Below are positions 58,472 through 64,000 of a stretch of DNA of 64,000 nt, piece after piece (within the stretch, counting starts at the first letter, position 1; the number at the start of each line of letters is the position of its first letter). The notes beneath the pieces were generated by a model. The model saw only the letters and a list, made by a program, of their open reading frames with translations, made no database searches and was not told the origin of the DNA. A program made the position numbers and the translations under genes. The stretch lies in NCBI GenBank assembly GCA_965116825.1, contig OZ220736.1, positions 1,186,057 to 1,250,056 on the forward strand, written 5' to 3'. The stretch comes from Vicinamibacterales bacterium (GTDB lineage: Bacteria; Acidobacteriota; Vicinamibacteria; Vicinamibacterales; UBA8438).

Positions 58472-59962
58472 ATGGACGCCGAGGCGTTTCGCCGGCACGG
58501 CCACGCCCTCGTCGACTGGATAGCCGACTACCTGAACCGCACCGAGCGCTACCCGGTCCTCTCGAAGAATTCGCCGGGCGCGGTGCGCGACGCGCTGCCG
58601 CCGTCCCCGCCCGACAAGGGCGTCCCCTTCGATGCGATCTTCCGCGACTTCGAGCGGGTGATCGTGCCCGGCATCACACACTGGAACCACCCCGGCTTCT
58701 TCGCCTACTTCGCCATCTCGGGCGCCGCCGCCGGGGTGCTCGCCGAGTTCCTCTCCGCCGCTCTGAACGTGCAGGCCATGCTGTGGCGGACGTCGCCCGC
58801 CGCGACCGAGCTCGAAGAGGTGACCCTCGGCTGGCTGCGGCAGCTTCTCGGCCTGCCCGACGCGTTCGAGGGGGTCATCTACGACACGGCGTCCATATCG
58901 AGCCTCCACGCGCTGGCCGCGGCCCGGCACCGCGCGGTGGCCGACGTCCGCACGCGGGGGCTGGCCGGGCGCCCGGAGGTCGGTCCGTTGCGCGTCTACG
59001 CCTCCGAGCAGGCGCACTCGTCGATAGACAAGGCGATCATGACGCTCGGCCTGGGCCACGACGCGCTGTCTCACGTCCCCGCGGACGACGAGTTCCGGAT
59101 GCGGCCCGAGGCGCTGCGCGAGGCCATCGCCGCCGATCGCGCACGCGGCGTGACCCCGCTGGCGGTGGTCGCCACCGTCGGCACCACCTCGACGACCAGC
59201 GTCGACCCGGTCGGCCCCATCGCCGACATCTGCGCGGACGAGGGCGTCTGGCTGCACGTCGACGCGGCCTACGCCGGCGTCGCGGCCCTGGTGCCGGAGA
59301 CGCGGGGCGTGCTGGCCGGCTGCGACCGGGCCGACTCGTTCGTCGTCAATCCGCACAAGTGGCTCTTCACCCCGTTCGATCTCAGCGCGTTCTACTGCCG
59401 CCACATGGACACGCTGCGGGATGCGTTCTCTCTGACGCCCGACTACCTGCAGACGCTGGAAGCCGTGGAGGTCCGCAACCTGATGGACACCGGCGTGCAG
59501 CTCGGCCGCCGGTTCCGCTCGCTGAAGCTCTGGGCCATCCTGCGCCACTTCGGGTCCGAGGGCATCCGCGACCGGCTCGCCGAGCACATGCGGCTCGCCC
59601 GGCTGTTCGCGGCGTGGGTGGACGAGAGCCGCGACTTCGAGCGGCTGGCGCCGGTCCCGTTCAGCGTCGTCTGCTTCCGGGCCTTGCCCGCCGGCGCGGC
59701 AGCCGCACCGGGTAGAGCCGGGACCGACGCCGGCGCCTCAACCGCAGGCGGCGCTGCCGACGCCGCCGTCGATGCCGCAGCGGACACGCTGAACGAACGG
59801 CTGATCGAGGCGGTCAACGCCACCGGCGAGGTGTTCCTCTCGCACACGCGCCTCGACGGGCGTTTCACCATCCGCCTGGCGGTCGGGCACGTACGCACCG
59901 AGGAGCGGCACGTGCGGCGGGCGTGGGAGCTGCTCGACGAGAAGCTGCGGGCGCTCCGCTGA
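58472..59962 (+). CDS. PLP-dependent group II decarboxylase (aromatic-L-amino-acid/tyrosine decarboxylase-like)
   Basis: ATG at 58472. ITHWNHPGFFAYF, the PLP-lysine motif NPHKWLF, and SLKLW. It is hidden in the 55922..59962 artefactual ORF. Confidence 0.9.
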   Translation: MDAEAFRRHGHALVDWIADYLNRTERYPVLSKNSPGAVRDALPPSPPDKGVPFDAIFRDFERVIVPGITHWNHPGFFAYFAISGAAAGVLAEFLSAALNVQAMLWRTSPAATELEEVTLGWLRQLLGLPDAFEGVIYDTASISSLHALAAARHRAVADVRTRGLAGRPEVGPLRVYASEQAHSSIDKAIMTLGLGHDALSHVPADDEFRMRPEALREAIAADRARGVTPLAVVATVGTTSTTSVDPVGPIADICADEGVWLHVDAAYAGVAALVPETRGVLAGCDRADSFVVNPHKWLFTPFDLSAFYCRHMDTLRDAFSLTPDYLQTLEAVEVRNLMDTGVQLGRRFRSLKLWAILRHFGSEGIRDRLAEHMRLARLFAAWVDESRDFERLAPVPFSVVCFRALPAGAAAAPGRAGTDAGASTAGGAADAAVDAAADTLNERLIEAVNATGEVFLSHTRLDGRFTIRLAVGHVRTEERHVRRAWELLDEKLRALR

Positions 59963-60075
59963 TCCAGGTCGCCAGGACGCGCTCCGACGCCCTTGTGCGC
60001 ATAAACACATATGCTGATATGCTCACATGGATCTTGTTTCTCTGTATGTCTTGAATCCTCTGTATACATGAAGTT

Positions 60076-60324
60076 GTGCTGACGATGAGCATCCGCTGGA
60101 GTCTGGTCGTCCCTGATGAAACCGACCGCAGTCTTCGCAGCTACCTGGCCAGAACCGGGGGCAGGAAGGGAGACCTGTCCCGGTTCGTCGACCGCGCCGT
60201 CCGGCAGGCAATCTTCTGGGAGACCCTCGAATCGATCTGGGAGCGCAACCAGCACCTCTCAGCCGAAGAGGTCCAGGCCCTCGCCGATGACGCGGTCGCG
60301 CAAGCCCGTGCGGATCGTCCTTGA
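60076..60324 (+). CDS. ribbon-helix-helix antitoxin
   Basis: MSIRWSLVVPDETDRSLRSYLARTGGRKGDLSRFVDRAVRQAIF is RHH-like. The likely real start is the ATG at 60085. Overlaps the PIN gene start. Confidence 0.6.
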   Translation: MLTMSIRWSLVVPDETDRSLRSYLARTGGRKGDLSRFVDRAVRQAIFWETLESIWERNQHLSAEEVQALADDAVAQARADRP

Positions 60325-60736
60325 CACCAACCTCCTCGTGAGCGCGTTGATTTCGCGGAACGGACTACCCGGCCGGGTGCTGGAAGCGGTCAAACACCAG
60401 GGACTGACGCTGGTCACCTCCACGGTACAGCTCGACGAGCTGCGGGCCATGCTGAGCCGTGAGCGTCTCGCTCTGTACATCCGCCGTGAAGAGGCGGAGG
60501 ATCTGATGCGCAACCTGGAGGCGGTGGGCGAAGTCGTCACCACCGACCTGCCCGACGTGGAGGTGTCACCCGACCCGGACGACAACCGGATCCTCGGCAC
60601 GGCGATCGCCGGACGCGCAGACCTGATCATCTCCGGCGACAAGAAGCACATGTTGGCCCTTGGCCAAGTGGAGGGCATTCCGATCGTCAGCGTGGCCGAT
60701 GCAGTAGACCGGTTGCCTGTCGGCGGCCGCAGTTAG
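60308..60736 (+). CDS. PIN-family toxin (PIN_3/TIGR00305-type)
   Basis: GTG at 60308. RIVLDTNLLVSALISRNG...SPDPDDNRILGTAIAGRADLIISGDKKHM. Confidence 0.8.
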   Translation: MRIVLDTNLLVSALISRNGLPGRVLEAVKHQGLTLVTSTVQLDELRAMLSRERLALYIRREEAEDLMRNLEAVGEVVTTDLPDVEVSPDPDDNRILGTAIAGRADLIISGDKKHMLALGQVEGIPIVSVADAVDRLPVGGRS

Positions 60737-60914
60737 GAAGCTGCGGCACACCGGAATGCGGCACTGCAAGCAACGCCGCGCCTCGCCGCCGCTCGGCTCT
60801 TGAGCGCGTCATCCAGGATGCCGGCGATGAAGGCGCTCACGCTGACCCCCGTGGCCGCCGCCTCCCGGCGCACCTGCTTGCAAGCCGGTCGTCGAGCGAT
60901 ATCGTCGTTCGCAT
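60733..60914 (-). pseudogene. frameshifted VapB-type (RHH) antitoxin remnant, convergent on the PIN gene
   Basis: ATG at 60914. MRTTISLDDRL, then a one-base slip at about 60880. The adjacent frame continues CKQVRREAAATGVSVSAFIAGILDDALK. 182 nt is one base short of a whole number of codons. No toxin gene lies downstream. Confidence 0.45.
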
Positions 60915-60972
60915 CATGCGTAGCATATCGAAGTTATTCACTTCATCACACCATCCGGAGGACCACGCAACG

Positions 60973-61437
60973 TCAACTCCCGGCGTGGGAACCCAGGCGC
61001 CACGCCTCCCGCCAGCGCATGGGGTCGTCCCCCGGACCCGGCTCCAGCGCCACCATGCCGTGCGCCGGGAACTCCACGTCCTCGCCGACACGGCCGAGCA
61101 GGCGCCGCAGCAGGCGGGCGATGTGCGGCATGTGGCCCACCAGCAGCAGATCGCGCGTCTCGCCGGCCAGCCGGTCCGCGAGGATGTCCGACGGATCGGC
61201 CGGCTGCAGGCCGCGCACCATCGTGAAGGCGGCCAGCGGGTTGCACGCCAAGCGGACGGCTTCGCCGGTCTGGCGCGCACGCAGCTTGCCGCTGTGCCAG
61301 ATCTCGACCGGGGCGACGCCGCGACCCACCGCCTCCCGCGCGAGCCGCTCGACCGCCGCGCGGCCGGCCGCGGTCAGCGGACGCTGCGCGTCGACGCCCG
61401 GATCGGTCGCCTCGCCGTGATGAACCAGATAGACCAC
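60973..61437 (-). CDS. histidine phosphatase-family protein (SixA-like) with HHG instead of RHG
   Basis: 154 aa. MVYLVHHGEATDP...RPLTAAGRAA...LLVGHMPH. The canonical RHG arginine is His here. Confidence 0.7.
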   Translation of the reverse strand: MVYLVHHGEATDPGVDAQRPLTAAGRAAVERLAREAVGRGVAPVEIWHSGKLRARQTGEAVRLACNPLAAFTMVRGLQPADPSDILADRLAGETRDLLLVGHMPHIARLLRRLLGRVGEDVEFPAHGMVALEPGPGDDPMRWREAWRLGSHAGS

Positions 61438-61443
61438 TTGCGA

Positions 61444-62904
61444 CTACCCCTCGATCCCCCGCCAGTGCGCGCTGGTCCAGACCTCGGGCCGCAGCAGCGC
61501 GAGCACCGTCACCACCTCCAGGCGCCCGATCCACATGGCGGCGATCAGCGTCATCTTGCTCACCGGATGCAGCCCGGCGTAGCTGGACATCGGGCCCACT
61601 TCGCCGAAGCCCGGGCCGATGTTGCCCAGCGTGCCGGTGGTGGCGGTGACCGCCGTCTCCAGGTCCGCCCCGAAGCCGATGACCACCGCCGTGCAGACCG
61701 CGAACATCAGGACGTAGAACAGGAAGAACACCAGGACCGAACGGATCACCTCGTCGGGCACGACCTTCCCGCCGAGCTTCAGCGGCAACACGCCGCGCGG
61801 ATGCAGCGTCCGCCGCAGCTCCAGCAGCGTGAAGCGCCCCACCAGCATGTGCCGGAGGACCTTCGGCCCGCCGGCCGCCGAGCCCGCGCAGCCGCCGATG
61901 AACATCATGGCCAGCAGCACCAGCTTGGTGCGGTCGTTCCACAGGTCGAAGTCGGCGGTGGCGTAGCCGGTGGTGGTCAGGATGGACAGCACCTGGAACG
62001 CCGCCCGGCGCAGCGGCGCGCCATCGCCCTCGACGGCCCACAGCAGCAGGGCCAGGGAGCCGGCCGCGAGCGCCACGATGCCCGCGTAGGCGCGGAACTC
62101 GTCGTCGCGGAACAGCACGCCGGGCCGGCCGAGCAGCGCCCGGTACTGCAGCGCGAAGTTGGCCCCGGCAAGGAACATGAAGAGGCAGACGATCCACTCG
62201 ATCAGCGCGCTGTCGTAGCCCATGATCGACTGCGCGTGGGGCGAGAAGCCGCCCGCCGCCAGCGTCGTCATCGCGTGGCACACCGCGTCGAACCAGGGCA
62301 TGCCGGCCAGGCCGAGCGCCACCACCTCGGCCGCGGTCAGGCCCGCGTAGAGCTTCCAGAGCGACGCCGCGGTCTTGCGGATCTGCGGCGCCAGCTTCTC
62401 CTCGGTCGGACCCGGCGCCTCGGCGAAGAACAACTGGCGAACCCCGACCGCGAGGCGCGGCAGGACCGCGACGACCAGGGTGATCACGCCCATGCCGCCG
62501 ATCCACTGCGTCATCGCGCGCCAGAAGAAAAAGCCCCGCCCCGGCGACTCGAAGTCGGTCAGGATGGTCGCGCCGGTGGCGGTGATGCCGGACATCGCCT
62601 CGAACAGGGCGTCGACGACGCCGAAGCCCACCCACAGATAGGGGATCGAGCACAGCACCGCGAACAGCAGCCAGACGCCGGCCACCACCGACAGCGCCTC
62701 GATCCGGCGCAGATCGTCGTCGGCGTCGCGCGAGATGCCGAGGAGCGTCTGCCCGATGCCGCCGCTGACGACGCCGCCGAGCACGAAGCCCGGGATGTCG
62801 GCCCATTCGCCGTAGAAGGCGGCCACGACCACCGGCGCGGCGAACGCGGCGCCGAAGAGCCGGCAGATGCGGCCGGCGACCTGGGCGATGTGGATGAAGC
62901 GCAT
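61444..62904 (-). CDS. trkH: Trk-type potassium transporter membrane subunit
   Basis: 486 aa polytopic protein with repeated M1-P-M2 units carrying TATG/TTGY/MGG-type selectivity motifs (SGITATGATIL, LSILTTTGYA, GTLGNIGPGFG). Confidence 0.9.
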   Translation of the reverse strand: MRFIHIAQVAGRICRLFGAAFAAPVVVAAFYGEWADIPGFVLGGVVSGGIGQTLLGISRDADDDLRRIEALSVVAGVWLLFAVLCSIPYLWVGFGVVDALFEAMSGITATGATILTDFESPGRGFFFWRAMTQWIGGMGVITLVVAVLPRLAVGVRQLFFAEAPGPTEEKLAPQIRKTAASLWKLYAGLTAAEVVALGLAGMPWFDAVCHAMTTLAAGGFSPHAQSIMGYDSALIEWIVCLFMFLAGANFALQYRALLGRPGVLFRDDEFRAYAGIVALAAGSLALLLWAVEGDGAPLRRAAFQVLSILTTTGYATADFDLWNDRTKLVLLAMMFIGGCAGSAAGGPKVLRHMLVGRFTLLELRRTLHPRGVLPLKLGGKVVPDEVIRSVLVFFLFYVLMFAVCTAVVIGFGADLETAVTATTGTLGNIGPGFGEVGPMSSYAGLHPVSKMTLIAAMWIGRLEVVTVLALLRPEVWTSAHWRGIEG

Positions 62905-62913
62905 GAGCCGCCG

Positions 62914-64000
62914 TTACCCGCGCGCGAACAGGTCGCGCACGCCCCGGACCGCGACCTCGGTGCAGCAGACGAGCAACCGGTCGCCTCCCTCTATCCGGTA
63001 GTCGCCCCGCGGAACGATGACCTCCCCGGCGCGCAGCACGGTGCCGATGATGGAGTCGCGCGGGAGACGCAGGTCCTTGACCGCGGTGGGCAGGAAGCCC
63101 GCCGGCGTGGTCAGCTCCACGACGCGGGCCTGCCCCTCTTGCAGGATGGCGAGCAGGCTGGCGCGCCCGCTGTCGATCTGGTGAACCACCGACGTCACCG
63201 CCGCGCCGCGGGCCGACAACGCCACGTCGATGCCGACGCGCTCGAACAAGCGGTGGTTGGACGGCTTGCTGACGCGGGTGATCACCTTGCCGACGCCGAG
63301 CTGCCGCCCGAGAAGCGAGGCGAGCAGGTTGCGCTCGTCGTTGTCGATGACCGAGACCAGGACGTCGCTGCGGCCGATGTCCTCCGATTCCAGCAGCTCC
63401 AGGTCGGTGCCGTCCCCCTGGAGGATGAGCGCGCGGCCCAGCGTGGCGGCCAGCAGCTCGCCGCGGGCCGGGTCGCGTTCGATGACGCAGAGCCGGATCC
63501 GGTCGGCGCGGTCGAGGTGCTGCGCCAGGCGGTAGCCGACGTCGCCGCCCCCGATGATGGTCACGAGCTGCGACGCCGCATCCCCCGCGCCGGGCGCCAT
63601 CAGCGGGCGGAGCTGCGCCATGCCGTCGCGGTTGCCCATCAGGACCACCTTGTCGCCGGCCTCCAAGCGGGTCTCGCCGCGCGGGATCGAGGTGGAGTGC
63701 TCGTGCTTCACCGCGATGATGACCACCCCCGCCGGCAGGTCGAGAGACGCCACCGGCGGTCCCACCAGCGGCGACCCGGCATCGAGCCGGTACTCCAGCA
63801 GTTCGATGCTGCCGCCCGCGAACACCTCGGCGTCGGTCGCCCCCGGCGCCATGATGATGCGCTCGATGTCGGCGGCCAGCTCAGCCTCCGGCCAGATGAT
63901 CTCGTCGATGCCGAAGTGGCCGTGCAGGCCGTCCGCGCCGCCGACGAGCAGGTCCTCGCGGGTGGCGAAGCAGATCGTCTTCCGCGCACCCAGCCTGCTC
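62914..64000 (-). CDS. trkA: Trk system NAD-binding subunit (5' end beyond window)
   Basis: IIGGGDVGYRLAQHL Rossmann fold plus RCK_C domains. The frame stays open upstream of the listed Met to the window edge (...ICFATREDLLVGGADGLHGHFGIDEIIWPEAELAADIERIIMAPG...). Confidence 0.9.
   Translation of the reverse strand, partial: SRLGARKTICFATREDLLVGGADGLHGHFGIDEIIWPEAELAADIERIIMAPGATDAEVFAGGSIELLEYRLDAGSPLVGPPVASLDLPAGVVIIAVKHEHSTSIPRGETRLEAGDKVVLMGNRDGMAQLRPLMAPGAGDAASQLVTIIGGGDVGYRLAQHLDRADRIRLCVIERDPARGELLAATLGRALILQGDGTDLELLESEDIGRSDVLVSVIDNDERNLLASLLGRQLGVGKVITRVSKPSNHRLFERVGIDVALSARGAAVTSVVHQIDSGRASLLAILQEGQARVVELTTPAGFLPTAVKDLRLPRDSIIGTVLRAGEVIVPRGDYRIEGGDRLLVCCTEVAVRGVRDLFARG

Overview
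High-GC (by eye about 70%) bacterial chromosomal segment. The gene content suggests a soil Acidobacteriota- or Gemmatimonadota-like organism, but that is inference only. All family names are from motif recognition by eye, since no searches could be run. Most of the window is ordinary core and periplasmic metabolism, often with Tat or Sec signals: two paralogous SorAB-like sulfite-dehydrogenase/cytochrome c pairs, a PQQ dehydrogenase with a dihaem cytochrome c, a GMC oxidoreductase with its small Tat subunit, PhoD, GH65 phosphorylase plus beta-phosphoglucomutase, two-domain PPK2, transketolase, GGT, TrkAH, ProC and MsrA. Four things stand out. (1) Two genes are readable only if an in-frame TGA is decoded as selenocysteine: a SelW/Rdx-like CxxU protein (35688-35918) and an OsmC-like protein with U at the catalytic Cys position (57275-57739). 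Each has a hairpin 14-18 nt after the TGA, and the ORF track misses or splits both. (2) A lower-GC islet at 14.3-17.2 kb carries a translationally coupled ABC-type ATPase plus Toprim-like gene pair (split OLD / PARIS / AbiL-like architecture). The second gene ends in a serine-recombinase fragment, and the pair sits beside an ATPase remnant and a VapBC module. This is my best candidate for an uncharacterised defence-type system. (3) An accessory island at 37.8-50.7 kb holds an AAA-ATPase_like/PD-(D/E)XK protein, a Fic protein, antitoxin-like small ORFs, and an IS1634-family element. That element is broken by an IS21 and an IS3 insertion, both with clean target-site duplications. The island also has an Rx4H (HEPN-like) gene split by an ISAzo13-family insertion, and that ORF can be restored exactly. 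(4) Smaller items include a lower-GC 2-TM singleton gene, a second PIN/RHH toxin-antitoxin locus facing a frameshifted antitoxin remnant, and several direct or palindromic repeats in promoters. No rRNA, tRNA or CRISPR array was found. Many long ORFs in the track are alternate-frame or antisense artefacts of the GC content.
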